Shown in pieces: positions 27,422 through 37,029 of a stretch of 64,000 bases of DNA. The stretch's first letter is position 1; the number at the start of each line of letters is the position of its first letter. The position numbers were made by a program, and so were the translations under genes. Source of the DNA: Candidatus Goldiibacteriota bacterium (lineage in GTDB: Bacteria; Oederibacteriota; PGYV01); contig JAFGWA010000005.1 of the NCBI GenBank assembly GCA_016937715.1, positions 5,040 to 69,039 on the forward strand, given 5' to 3'. Below the pieces are notes generated by a model, which did no database searches, was not told the DNA's origin, and saw only the letters and a list, made by a program, of their open reading frames with translations.

Positions 27422-27622
27422 CTATCCTCCCCCTACAAACCTTACAATTTCCACCTTATCGCCGTGGTTAATGTTTCTGCTTTCAAAATTATCCCTTGCA
27501 ATTATCTCGCCGTTTAATTCCACGACGGTCATGCCCTGTTTTAATCCAAGCGAGACAAGCAGCGCGGATACTGTCATGGTGCTTTCAAATTCTTTTTCAG
27601 CGCCGTTAATTATTGCTTTCAT
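27422..27622 (-). CDS. thiS: sulfur-carrier protein ThiS
   Basis: 66 aa ending in ...VGGG; lies inside the thi operon. Confidence 0.8.
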   Translation of the reverse strand: MKAIINGAEKEFESTMTVSALLVSLGLKQGMTVVELNGEIIARDNFESRNINHGDKVEIVRFVGGG

Positions 27623-28731
27623 TTATTTCCTCCAAACGTGTCAGCCCAGTCTTTGAACACAGGATAATATCCCCTGCTTTTAATCGCGTCAAGAATTTCA
27701 CGGACACTTCTGTCGTCGCATATTTCAAACTGGCCTTCGGATTCGCTTCCCACATAACCGCCGGGGTTTGTTTTTGAACCTGCGCTCATATTTGTTACGC
27801 CAAGGCTTATCATATTGTCCCTGAAATCCGCGGCTTCCCTTGTGGAAAGTGTAATGCCGGCAAATTTGGTAAATATCCTTAATGCAAATATCATCTGCAC
27901 AAGTTCTTTATCACTTATTATCTCACTTGGTTTAAAACCGGAACTGGAACCCCGCATGCGCGGAAAGCTTACGGATACTTCTGTTTTCCAGTATTTTTTC
28001 ATTATATATGCCGCGTGCGCGCCCACATACGCCGCTTCCGTGCGCCAGTCATAAAGCCCTAAAAGCGCGCCTATGCCGATTTTACGAAACCCCGCCTGCG
28101 CCGCGCGGTCAGGAGTATTAATGCGCCATTCAAAATTTTTCTTCTGCCCGGACAGGTGTACTTTTTTATATGTTTCAGGGTCATAAGTTTCCTGATACAC
28201 CGTAAGCCCTGTCGCGCCGTTATCCACAAGTTTTTTATATCCGTCCGTATCCATAGGGTAAATTTCAAGCGATACCTGTGTAAAATACTTTCTTGCAAGC
28301 GCGACGCACCGCGCTACGTAATCAAGCCCGGCTTTATCTGGCGCTTCGCCGGTCAGCAGAAGAATACTGTTATATCCAAGGGACTTTATCCCTTCAAGTT
28401 CGGCTTTCACCTCTTCTTCACTTAAAGTCTTTCTGTTTATTTTATTTTTCCTGTTGAAACCGCAATAAGCGCATTCATTGGAACATTCATTGGAAATATA
28501 AAGCGGGATATACATGTTAATATTTTTCCCGAAGTGTTTCTGCGTCATCTCCCTTGACCTTATTGCCATGCTGTCAAGCAATGAAGCCGCTGCAGGGGAA
28601 AGCAGCGCAAGGAAATCTTCATACGACACGCTTTCTTTCTTTACCGCTGTTTCAACGCGCGTTTTATCGCCGGAATTTACCGCTTTTTTTATCAATTCTT
28701 TGTTTATTTTTAAAAACTCTTCATAAAACAT
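27619..28731 (-). CDS. thiH: 2-iminoacetate synthase (radical SAM)
   Basis: CSNECAYCGF radical-SAM cluster motif; about 370 aa; thi operon context. Confidence 0.85.
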   Translation of the reverse strand: MFYEEFLKINKELIKKAVNSGDKTRVETAVKKESVSYEDFLALLSPAAASLLDSMAIRSREMTQKHFGKNINMYIPLYISNECSNECAYCGFNRKNKINRKTLSEEEVKAELEGIKSLGYNSILLLTGEAPDKAGLDYVARCVALARKYFTQVSLEIYPMDTDGYKKLVDNGATGLTVYQETYDPETYKKVHLSGQKKNFEWRINTPDRAAQAGFRKIGIGALLGLYDWRTEAAYVGAHAAYIMKKYWKTEVSVSFPRMRGSSSGFKPSEIISDKELVQMIFALRIFTKFAGITLSTREAADFRDNMISLGVTNMSAGSKTNPGGYVGSESEGQFEICDDRSVREILDAIKSRGYYPVFKDWADTFGGNK

Positions 28732-29502
28732 TTATTTAACCAGCCATTTCGTGGGAGATGAAGGCCTTGCGGTATCCCGTTTTTCAGCCATGCCTGCAAG
28801 ATAAGCAAACCTGCCCGCGCGCGACGCAAGTTTAAACGCTTCTGCCATTTTTACCGGTTCAGGCGACGCTGATATAGCGGTATTTATCATAACCGCGTCC
28901 GCGCCAAGTTCCATTGCAAGCGCCGCGTCCGAAGGCGAACCTATGCCCGCATCTATGACAACCGGTATTCCCGCCTGTTCAATAATAATCTTTATTGTAT
29001 CAACAGATTTCATTCCCTTATTGGTACCTATAGGCGACGCAAGAGGCATAACAGTGGCAGTGCCCGCGTCTTCCAGTTTTTTTGCAAGCACAGGATCAGG
29101 CCCTATATATGGAAGCACCACAAAACCTTCCTTTACAAGAATTTTCGCGGCTTTAAGGGTTTCATCGCCGTCCGGCCACAGATATTTTGGGTCGGGCGTC
29201 ACTTCAAGTTTTATCCAGTTTGACAGCCCCATTCCGCGCGCCAGCATTGCCGTCCTTACGGCTTCATCCGCGTTCTGCGCGCCGGATGTGTTAGGGAGAA
29301 TGAATATTTTTTTAGGATCAAGCGCGGACATAATATCCGCGTTGGGGTTTTCAAGGTCCACGCGGCGCACAGCCACGGTTATAATTTCCGCTTCTGACGC
29401 TTCAAGGCACCTGTTCATAATTTCGTCCGACGGGAATTTTCCCGTACCTATCATAAACCTGCTTTTAAATTCCCTGTCCGCTATTTTTAAAATATCATCC
29501 AT
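28732..29502 (-). CDS. thiG: thiazole synthase
   Basis: ThiG family (FMIGTGKF..., conserved Lys region). Confidence 0.9.
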   Translation of the reverse strand: MDDILKIADREFKSRFMIGTGKFPSDEIMNRCLEASEAEIITVAVRRVDLENPNADIMSALDPKKIFILPNTSGAQNADEAVRTAMLARGMGLSNWIKLEVTPDPKYLWPDGDETLKAAKILVKEGFVVLPYIGPDPVLAKKLEDAGTATVMPLASPIGTNKGMKSVDTIKIIIEQAGIPVVIDAGIGSPSDAALAMELGADAVMINTAISASPEPVKMAEAFKLASRAGRFAYLAGMAEKRDTARPSSPTKWLVK

Positions 29503-29514
29503 GTTAACTCCTTT

Positions 29515-30243
29515 TTATCCGCCGCAGGCGGAACATCCCTGTTTTTTTGTAATATTTAAAACCCTGTATTGTGTTTTTAAACCGTCAAAAAACAGCATAC
29601 GCCCTGTTAGAAGTTCATTATTACCTGTCAGATATTTAACCGCTTCCATTGCCTGAAGCGTCCCTATATTGCCGGCTGCCGCGCCCAATATGCCGTCGTT
29701 TATTGATGTGTGCGCGTCTTCGCCCTTTGGAACATCCGGTATAAAACACCTTAAACACGCCTGCCCCGGCACGTATGTCATTATCTGTCCGCCCCATGCA
29801 AGCGCGCCGCCGTGACAGAACGGTTTTTTTAACTTCACGCACGTGTCATTAATAAGGTACTTGACCGCAAAATTATCCACCGCGTCTATTATAAAATCAT
29901 ACTGTGATATTATATCAGCGGCGTTTTGCGCGGTTATCATCTGCAGATGGCAGATAACTTTAACACCGGAATTTAGTTTTTTTACTTTATCAGCGGCAGA
30001 TTCTGTTTTAAGCCGCCCAAGGTCAGCTTCAAAATGAAGTATCTGTCTGTTTAGATTTATTTCTTCCACTTTATCCCCGTCAGCGATAGCAATTGTACCC
30101 GTGCCTGCGGCAGCAAGATAATAAATAACCGGAGAACCAAGGCCGCCCGCGCCTATTACAAGCACGGAGGAGGACATAAGTTTATTCTGCCCTTCAACAC
30201 CTATCTCTTTTATCCTTACGTTCCTGTCGTAACGTGTGTCCAT
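29515..30243 (-). CDS. thiF: ThiF/MoeB-type adenylyltransferase
   Basis: VLVIGAGGLGSP nucleotide-binding motif and CxxC...CxxC. Confidence 0.8.
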   Translation of the reverse strand: MDTRYDRNVRIKEIGVEGQNKLMSSSVLVIGAGGLGSPVIYYLAAAGTGTIAIADGDKVEEINLNRQILHFEADLGRLKTESAADKVKKLNSGVKVICHLQMITAQNAADIISQYDFIIDAVDNFAVKYLINDTCVKLKKPFCHGGALAWGGQIMTYVPGQACLRCFIPDVPKGEDAHTSINDGILGAAAGNIGTLQAMEAVKYLTGNNELLTGRMLFFDGLKTQYRVLNITKKQGCSACGG

Positions 30244-30429
30244 TAATATCCTTTTATATACTTTTTTGCCCTGGCAGCCGCACCCTTTTAGGGTGCGTTG
30301 TTTAGATTTTAAAACATAACATCAAAATCAACCGGGCTGAATCACAAAAACACAACATTAAAGCAAGACGCAACATGTTGCGTCTCTACATTAAACAACA
30401 AATACAATTGAAAATTACAAAAAGCAACC

Positions 30430-30554
30430 TTTAAAAACAAAAAAGCCCCTGTTTTGCAGGGGCTTTTAAATTTATAAGCTCCCTGCGGCGGCATTATCCG
30501 CGTCAGGTTCATAGGGTATAATCTCAGACCGGCTTATTACCGGCCACCCCTGCC
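30430..30554 (-). ncRNA. TPP (THI-box) riboswitch with an intrinsic-terminator expression platform, leader of the thiFGHS operon
   Basis: The minus strand reads GGGGTGGCCGG...CTGAGATTATACCC...GAACCTGACGCGGATAATGCCGCCGCAGGGAGC, the THI-element consensus. It is followed by the hairpin GCCCCTGcaaaaCAGGGGC plus TTTTTTGTTTTT. Confidence 0.75.
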
Positions 30555-30706
30555 TTAATGCTTTATTCTCTATAGAATCTGTTTTTAGAACAAAATTTAG
30601 TAGGAGCAGGCACTTAGGGGGTTTGGGAGGGGGGTATTTGGGAAAAAAGCGCCTGCCCCGTATTTTTATTATACAACTTTATGTTTCATTTGCAATACCG
30701 AATTAT

Positions 30707-31999
30707 TTATTTTACCGAATCGGGATTTGGCGCCTGTTCTTCCTGCTCTTTATTTTCCGTATATTTATCCCTTATGGCGGCAATTACATCGTACACATTT
30801 AAAAATGCGTCCACCACTTCCGGGTCAAAATGTTTTCCTGAATTGTCTTTTATGTATTCAATTACCCTTGTTTCGTCCCAGGGTTCTTTGTAAATTCTTT
30901 TTGATACCAGCGCGTCATACACATCCGCCACCGCCACTATCCTGCCTGTAACCGGAATTTCAAGGTCTGTCTTGCCCGGCGCTGAATCAAGTTTTTTCAG
31001 GTTCATGACATCTGTAACCCTGCCCGGATATCCTGTGCCGTCCCATTTTTCATGGTGCGCAAGGGCTATTTCCGCGGCCATTGCGTCAATTTCCGAATCC
31101 TTTGATTCAAACAGCCGGTAACCGAATATGGTATGCATTTTCATCGTGGAAAACTCTTCAGGTTCAAGTTTTGCCGGTTTTTTTAAAATACTGTCCGGTA
31201 TGGCAATCTTTCCGGCATCATGCAGCATGGCGGCTATTCTTAACTTATCCTTAAAGCGCCTGATAAGTTCCGGGGGGAAACCCCTGTCCTTTGCCCACTG
31301 GTGATATATTTCAACGGAATACGCTCCCATTCTGTTTACATGCCCGCCTGTTTCCTTAGGGTCGCGGAATTCCACCATCCTTAACATTCTTAAAACCATC
31401 TGCCTTGTACTTATCGCTTTTTCAATGGCAATTGCCGCGTCGTTGGCAAAATATGACACATACAATTCATCCTTATCCGAGAAAGGAACCACTTTACCCC
31501 TTTCATTTTTGGCGTTGATTATCTGCATTACGCCTATAACCCTGTTTCTTGCGGTTTTAAGCGGCATATTAAGAACCGACTGCGTTTTGTACCCCGAAGA
31601 GATATCAAAATCCTTATTAAAAGTATACTTTTCCTTTGAACTTATTTTATACGCGTCATCCACCACAAGCATCTGCCCGTTAAAAGCGGCAAAACCCGCC
31701 ATTGATGTTTCATTGATTGGTATTTCATGATTAAGATATTTATACCGGTTAGAAATGCTTTTCCCGAAAAGGATTTCATTCTGCGTATAACTGATTCTTA
31801 AATTATTTCCTTCAGTAAGAAAAATTGTTCCTGCTTCGGCGTTTGTGAATTTTCTGACTTCAAAAAGAATTTTATCAAGAAGTATGTCAATATCGCTTAT
31901 ATTATGTATGTCTTCGGTTATCTTAAGTATTTTCTGAAGTATATCCTTATCCGCTTTTCCGCTTACCCCGTATGATACCTTCTTCTTTTTTGCCGGCAT
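30707..31999 (-). CDS. GAF-domain / HD-GYP-domain protein (probable c-di-GMP phosphodiesterase)
   Basis: HD...HHEKWDGTGYP motif (HD-GYP) after an N-terminal GAF-like region. Confidence 0.8.
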   Translation of the reverse strand: MPAKKKKVSYGVSGKADKDILQKILKITEDIHNISDIDILLDKILFEVRKFTNAEAGTIFLTEGNNLRISYTQNEILFGKSISNRYKYLNHEIPINETSMAGFAAFNGQMLVVDDAYKISSKEKYTFNKDFDISSGYKTQSVLNMPLKTARNRVIGVMQIINAKNERGKVVPFSDKDELYVSYFANDAAIAIEKAISTRQMVLRMLRMVEFRDPKETGGHVNRMGAYSVEIYHQWAKDRGFPPELIRRFKDKLRIAAMLHDAGKIAIPDSILKKPAKLEPEEFSTMKMHTIFGYRLFESKDSEIDAMAAEIALAHHEKWDGTGYPGRVTDVMNLKKLDSAPGKTDLEIPVTGRIVAVADVYDALVSKRIYKEPWDETRVIEYIKDNSGKHFDPEVVDAFLNVYDVIAAIRDKYTENKEQEEQAPNPDSVK

Positions 32000-32088
32000 T
32001 TAAATCACCTTTTTGTGATAGTTTTATCTGCCACTAATTATAGCACATAAAAAAACGCCTTCAACACTTCTCTTTAAATTCATTACCT

Positions 32089-33138
32089 TTAACCGCGAAT
32101 GGCTCCAATAAACCCGCTTGCGATAACCGTGTTTCCGGCGTAAATAACAGCAAGCTGCCCAGGCGTCACCGCAAACTGCGGTTTTAAAAAAGCAATCTCT
32201 GCTGTTTTGCCCGTTATTTTAACTTTCGCGGCAGCTGCTTTGTGCAGGTACCGTATCTTGACTTTCGCGGCAAAATCTTTTTTACCGTCATCATAAAGCA
32301 GATTAAGCGAATCAATATCAAATACGGAAGAGAAAACCTCTTCTTTATCGCCGATAAATACCTTTTTTTCTTTCGCGTCAATTTTTGTCACATATACAGG
32401 GTGCCCCGCGCTGTAATTAAGCCCCTTGCGCTGCCCTATTGTGTAATTAAAATACGGGGTGTCTAATACTTTAAGCTTTTTATTATCCCCGTCATAAAGC
32501 CCGCCCGGCTCCCCGCTGTATCCGCGCTGCCTTTTTATGAAATCATATGGCGTTTCATTTCCCTGCAAAAAACACACTTCCTGGCTTTCCTGTTTTTCCT
32601 TTAACAGCCCCTGCTTTTTTACTATCTCTTTTATCTCTTTTTTTTCCATGTTCCCAAGGGGAAATATTATGTCTTTAAGTTCCTCTTTTTTCAGGCGCGC
32701 CAGAAAATATTCCTGCGTCTTGCTTTTATCTTTCCCTGCTTTAAGCGCAAATTGTCCGGATTTTTTTCCTATCCTTGCGTAATGCCCGGTCGCAACTTTA
32801 TCATACGAGAGTTCTTTCATTTTTTTAATAAGCGCCGCAAATTTTATTTCCTCATTGCACAGCACGCACGGATTGGGAGTTTCCCCCGAAAGATAAGAAT
32901 CAATAAACGGCTCCACCACTTTTTCCCTGAATTCTTTTTTCAGGTTAAGCGTGTAATGCCTTATACCCAGTTTCGCGCACGCGGCTTTGGCGTCCATGAT
33001 GTCTTCAATGTTGCAGCAGCGGGAGGCTTCATCCCATAAAGAAAGGGTTATTGCGGTCAGTTCATGGCCTTTTTGTTTTAAAAGCCACGCGGCGGCCGTG
33101 GAATCCGCGCCGCCGCTCATTCCTATTATTATTTTCAC
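32089..33138 (-). CDS. mnmA: tRNA 2-thiouridylase
   Basis: PP-loop SGGADS at the N-terminus; MnmA length and the isc context. Confidence 0.9.
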   Translation of the reverse strand: MKIIIGMSGGADSTAAAWLLKQKGHELTAITLSLWDEASRCCNIEDIMDAKAACAKLGIRHYTLNLKKEFREKVVEPFIDSYLSGETPNPCVLCNEEIKFAALIKKMKELSYDKVATGHYARIGKKSGQFALKAGKDKSKTQEYFLARLKKEELKDIIFPLGNMEKKEIKEIVKKQGLLKEKQESQEVCFLQGNETPYDFIKRQRGYSGEPGGLYDGDNKKLKVLDTPYFNYTIGQRKGLNYSAGHPVYVTKIDAKEKKVFIGDKEEVFSSVFDIDSLNLLYDDGKKDFAAKVKIRYLHKAAAAKVKITGKTAEIAFLKPQFAVTPGQLAVIYAGNTVIASGFIGAIRG

Positions 33139-33141
33139 TTT

Positions 33142-33579
33142 TTACTCTTCTTCGCCTTCATGGCCGTGGTCGTGGCCGTCATCTTCTTTTTCCGGAAGCG
33201 GGGGCAGGCCCTGTTTTCTTCTGTTGTAATCTTCTATAGCCCTTTTAATACCGTCTTCGGCAAGTACAGAGCAGTGCAGTTTTTCCGGCGGAAGGCCGTC
33301 TAAAAGCTCCACTATACTTTTATTTGTAACTTCCAGCGCTTTTTCAACCGGCATTCCTTTGATTAAATCCGTAGCCTGCGAAGATGTGGCTATAGCAGCC
33401 ACACAACCAAAAGTTTCAAACTTACAGTCTGTAATTATGCCGTCATCCACCTTTATGTATATCCACATCACATCGCCGCACTTGGCGTTGCCCACTTTGC
33501 CGATTCCGTCCGCGTTATCTATCCTTCCCATGTTCTTTAAATTCTTAAACCTTTCCATTACTTTTTCGGAGTATTTCAT
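33142..33579 (-). CDS. iscU: NifU/IscU-type Fe-S scaffold with an acidic, His-rich C-terminal tail
   Basis: Conserved Cys-containing blocks GCVAAIATS and NAKCGDV. Confidence 0.8.
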   Translation of the reverse strand: MKYSEKVMERFKNLKNMGRIDNADGIGKVGNAKCGDVMWIYIKVDDGIITDCKFETFGCVAAIATSSQATDLIKGMPVEKALEVTNKSIVELLDGLPPEKLHCSVLAEDGIKRAIEDYNRRKQGLPPLPEKEDDGHDHGHEGEEE

Positions 33580-33596
33580 GGCTCACCTCTTTTTTA

Positions 33597-34505
33597 TTAC
33601 AGTTCCACCATTTTTTCTATGGGGCGTATCGCGTTTTTTATTGTATCTTCATCAAGAATAACTTCTGTCTTTTCCTCTTCCAGGCACGCAAGCAGGTCGG
33701 ACAATCTGGTTTTTTTCATATTCACGCATACTTTCGCGGAGCCCAGCGAGAAAAATTCCGCGTCAGGCCTTTCTTTTTTCAGCCTGTGTATATGCCCTTC
33801 TTCCGTACCTATTATAAACTGCTTGTCCGGGCTTTCCCTTACATACTTAATCATGCCGGATGTTGACCCCACCACATCAGCCGCATCCACCACTTCGGGT
33901 TCGCATTCGGGATGCACCAGTATTTTGGCGCCGGGATGCGCTTCGCGCGACTTTATTACATCTTCTTTTGTGAACTGATGGTGCACAATGCATCCGCCCT
34001 GATGGATAATAAGCTCTTTTTCGGGAGTATGTTTTTTCACCCAGTATCCAAGATTTTTATCAGGAAGAAATACAACCTGTTTTTGGGGAAGTTTTTTAAC
34101 CACATCTATAGCGTTTGCCGATGTTACGCACACGTCAAGAAGCACTTTTACTTCGGCGTTTGTGTTAACATACCCGGCAAGAGCGGCATCGGGATATTTC
34201 TTTCTGTACTCTTTTACCTCTTCAACCGTAATCGTATCAGCCAGCGGGCATCCCGCGTCCATTCTGGGGATTAATACTTTCTTCTTGGGAGAAAGAATTT
34301 TTGCGGTTTCCGCCATGAACTTTACGCCGCAGAATACAATTAACTGTTCCGGCGCAGCCGCTGTCTTGCGCGCCAGTTCCAGTGAATCACCGGTAAAATC
34401 AGCAATATCCTGAATATCCGGTATCTGGTAGTTATGCGCGACGATAAGCCCGCCTTTTTTTGCTTTAAGTTCCTTAATTTTTGCAATCATTTCATTTTTT
34501 TCCAT
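33597..34505 (-). CDS. nadA: quinolinate synthase
   Basis: NadA family (IVAHNYQ..., three conserved Cys, about 300 aa). Confidence 0.9.
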   Translation of the reverse strand: MEKNEMIAKIKELKAKKGGLIVAHNYQIPDIQDIADFTGDSLELARKTAAAPEQLIVFCGVKFMAETAKILSPKKKVLIPRMDAGCPLADTITVEEVKEYRKKYPDAALAGYVNTNAEVKVLLDVCVTSANAIDVVKKLPQKQVVFLPDKNLGYWVKKHTPEKELIIHQGGCIVHHQFTKEDVIKSREAHPGAKILVHPECEPEVVDAADVVGSTSGMIKYVRESPDKQFIIGTEEGHIHRLKKERPDAEFFSLGSAKVCVNMKKTRLSDLLACLEEEKTEVILDEDTIKNAIRPIEKMVEL

Positions 34506-34536
34506 TTTTAATTCTCCCTTTCCATATTTATATTTT

Positions 34537-35718
34537 TTATGCTTTATCCCTGTTTTTCCAGAATGGCGACATATTTCTTAACTTTTCAACCGCCGGCGGA
34601 AGCACTGAAAGCACCTCGTCTATATCTTCCTGCGTGGTATATTTGCTTAAGCTGAAACGTATGCTTCCGTGCGCGGTGCCGTGGTCAAGCCCCATTGCCA
34701 AAAGCACGTGCGAAGGGTCAAGGGAACCTGACGTACAGGCGGAACCCGATGACGCGCATATGCCTTCAAAGTCCATCTGTATAAGCATTCCTTCGCCTTC
34801 TATAAATTCTACGCTGACATTAAGCGTGTTTTCCGCCCTGTGTTCAGGATGTCCGTTTAATATAACTTCGGGAATTTCTTCAAATATACCCGCCTGCAGT
34901 TTATCGCGCAGCTGTTTTATTTTTTCATGCGCTTCAGGATTTTTAAAACTCTCCATGGCCAGCTCGCACGCTTTGGCAAGGCCCACAATTCCCGGAACAT
35001 TTTCAGTGCCCGGCCTTTTTCTGTTTTCGTGGTGTCCTCCCTGCATTATAGGGGAAACCTTTACTCCTTTTCTTATGTACAGCGCGCCGATACCTTTTGG
35101 GCCATGAAATTTATGGGCTGATATAGAAACCAGATCAGCGTTCATTGCTTTTACATCCAACGGGTATTTGCCCGCAGCCTGAACCGCGTCGGTGTGAAAT
35201 ATAATATTATGCTCCCTTGCAATTGCGCCTATTTCCGATATGGGTTCAATTGTACCGGTTTCATTATTTACCGCCATTATGGAGATAAGAATTGTATCCG
35301 GCCTTATGGCTTTTTTTACATCATCCGGATTTATAACACCGTATTTGTCCACGGGAAGGTAAGTGACTTCATAACCCTCTTTTTCAAGCGCCTTGCAGAC
35401 ATTTAATACGGCATGATGTTCAATGGCGCTTGTGATTATATGTTTTCCCTTGGATGAATTAGCCAAAGCGGCGCCGCGCACGGCTATGTTATCAGATTCC
35501 GTACCGCCGGAGGTGAATATTATTTCCCTGCTGTCAGCGGCGTTAAAAAACCGCGCTACAACCGCGCGTGATTCTTCCACGGCTTTTCTTGCGTCCTGCC
35601 CAAAGGAATAAACACCTGAAGCATTGGCGTAATTTTCAGTCATATAAGGCATCATTGCCTTTAAAACTTCATCGTCCATTCTTGTTGTCGCGTTATTGTC
35701 CAGATAATGAATTTTCAT
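34537..35718 (-). CDS. iscS: cysteine desulfurase (NifS/IscS class V aminotransferase)
   Basis: PLP-lysine block SAHKFHGPKG and the active-site SSGSACTS. Confidence 0.9.
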   Translation of the reverse strand: MKIHYLDNNATTRMDDEVLKAMMPYMTENYANASGVYSFGQDARKAVEESRAVVARFFNAADSREIIFTSGGTESDNIAVRGAALANSSKGKHIITSAIEHHAVLNVCKALEKEGYEVTYLPVDKYGVINPDDVKKAIRPDTILISIMAVNNETGTIEPISEIGAIAREHNIIFHTDAVQAAGKYPLDVKAMNADLVSISAHKFHGPKGIGALYIRKGVKVSPIMQGGHHENRKRPGTENVPGIVGLAKACELAMESFKNPEAHEKIKQLRDKLQAGIFEEIPEVILNGHPEHRAENTLNVSVEFIEGEGMLIQMDFEGICASSGSACTSGSLDPSHVLLAMGLDHGTAHGSIRFSLSKYTTQEDIDEVLSVLPPAVEKLRNMSPFWKNRDKA

Positions 35719-35733
35719 GTTATATCTCCTTTA

Positions 35734-36159
35734 TTATTTCTGCGGAGTGTGGTTTTCCGCCACTTCAGACAATTTAGTCTGTTTTAAATAAGTGCTTATT
35801 ACTTTATCCAGCCCCACCCATACTTTTCTTATGCCGCACTTTGGCGCGTTGTTACAGGCTTTTATATTAATTACGCATTTGGAAGGCGACACGCCTTTTT
35901 CAACCGCTTCCAGCACATCATAAACCGAAATATCTTTGGGCGCCCTTGCAAGCATAAACCCGCCTTTTTCTCCCTTTACACTTGTAATAATGGAAGCTTT
36001 GCGAAGTGTGACAAATATGTTTTCAAGGTACCTGTTGGATATATCTTCCCTTTCTGATATGTGTTTTATGGAGACAGGCTTGTTGCCATTCTTTAAGTAG
36101 GACTCCGCAAGATGGGTCAAAGCCCTTAAAGCGTACCTGCCTTTTGTTGATACATTCAT
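35734..36159 (-). CDS. Rrf2-family transcriptional regulator (IscR-like, three Cys)
   Basis: MNVSTKGRYALRAL... HTH; Cys cluster CVINIKACNNAPKC; first gene of the isc-like operon. Confidence 0.8.
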   Translation of the reverse strand: MNVSTKGRYALRALTHLAESYLKNGNKPVSIKHISEREDISNRYLENIFVTLRKASIITSVKGEKGGFMLARAPKDISVYDVLEAVEKGVSPSKCVINIKACNNAPKCGIRKVWVGLDKVISTYLKQTKLSEVAENHTPQK

Positions 36160-36176
36160 TCCTGCCTCCTGCTAGT

Positions 36177-36225
36177 TTATCACCATTCTTGTGATAATTA
36201 TATATTTCTTTAACGATAATGTCAA
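36177..36225 (-). promoter_or_regulatory. sigma70-type promoter (TTGACA-17-TATAAT) immediately followed by palindromic operator TTATCAC-N7-GTGATAA, upstream of the rrf2-iscS-nadA-iscU-mnmA operon
   Basis: On the minus strand the -35 is 36220-36225 and the -10 is 36197-36202; the operator at 36177-36197 has the same TATAAT-TATCAC-N7-GTGATA layout as 22453-22476. Confidence 0.6.
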
Positions 36226-36333
36226 GATTAATTTAATCCCGGTATGAATTTTATATTATCACCGAAATGGTGTGGAATCAAGGGGAAAGAGCGGAAGAAA
36301 CGAGGGACGGAAGAAAAGCAAACATCAAATCAA

Positions 36334-36762
36334 CTATTTTTTATAAACAAAATAACCGACTATCAAACTAAAAATAAATATTTCTGCAACCATAATCAAT
36401 CCATGAACAAAGTTGCCAAAACCAAAATTAACTTTATCAAAAACCACCAGAAATAAGTAAACAGCTAAAATCAAACCATTAATTGAAACAAATAAATTAA
36501 GAAAAATATTTTTTATATTTTTCGAATAATAATCTTTTACCGAATAATAACTGTAATATGTAAAAATACTTCCGCCAAGTATAACCGCAACGTAATTAAA
36601 CCAAGGTAAATTTGTTGCAAGTTGAAGAAAAATTGAAGATATCAAAAACAATGATATTAATAATGCCGTTAATATAAGCAGCAATCTGTCTTTTATCAAA
36701 TTATTAGTGGATTCAATCTTGGAGTTTTTATTATGCACGTCTTTTTTTATCGTCGGCTTCAA
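36334..36762 (-). CDS. hypothetical polytopic membrane protein (AT-rich)
   Basis: Four predicted TM helices; Asn/Lys/Ile-rich composition unlike the flanking genes. Confidence 0.4.
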   Translation of the reverse strand: MKPTIKKDVHNKNSKIESTNNLIKDRLLLILTALLISLFLISSIFLQLATNLPWFNYVAVILGGSIFTYYSYYSVKDYYSKNIKNIFLNLFVSINGLILAVYLFLVVFDKVNFGFGNFVHGLIMVAEIFIFSLIVGYFVYKK

Positions 36763-36931
36763 CTTGTTAACCCTCCTCTAAATGCCACATAATTAACTTG
36801 CCTCCCAATACAACACATCATATAAAACTACTCGAAAAGCGTGAATGTTATGGAAATACCCACTTTCATACGACTTCCTTAATATTATAAATCAATAACA
36901 TTCCGGATACAACAAAACAAGTAACACCACA

Positions 36932-36958
36932 CGGACAGCGCGGGAGCGCCGTCCCTAC
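36932..36958. repeat. hairpin repeat H1 copy (GGACAGCGCGGGAGCGCCGTCCCTAC)
   Basis: Same palindrome as at 14421 and 27229, with one stem mismatch. Confidence 0.6.
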
Positions 36959-37029
36959 AAAACCTTAAAATATCTGTTTACATTTCACCCGCGCGCCTAT
37001 AGAATCATAAAAAAACAGGAGGTAATACT

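Noticed and set aside
28943-29656. 237-aa plus-strand ORF antisense to thiG/thiF
   Set aside because: It overlaps two well-supported minus-strand genes and has Ser/Ala/Ile-rich composition typical of antisense frames.
34481-35107. 208-aa plus-strand ORF antisense to iscS
   Set aside because: Antisense to a confidently identified cysteine desulfurase; no motif.
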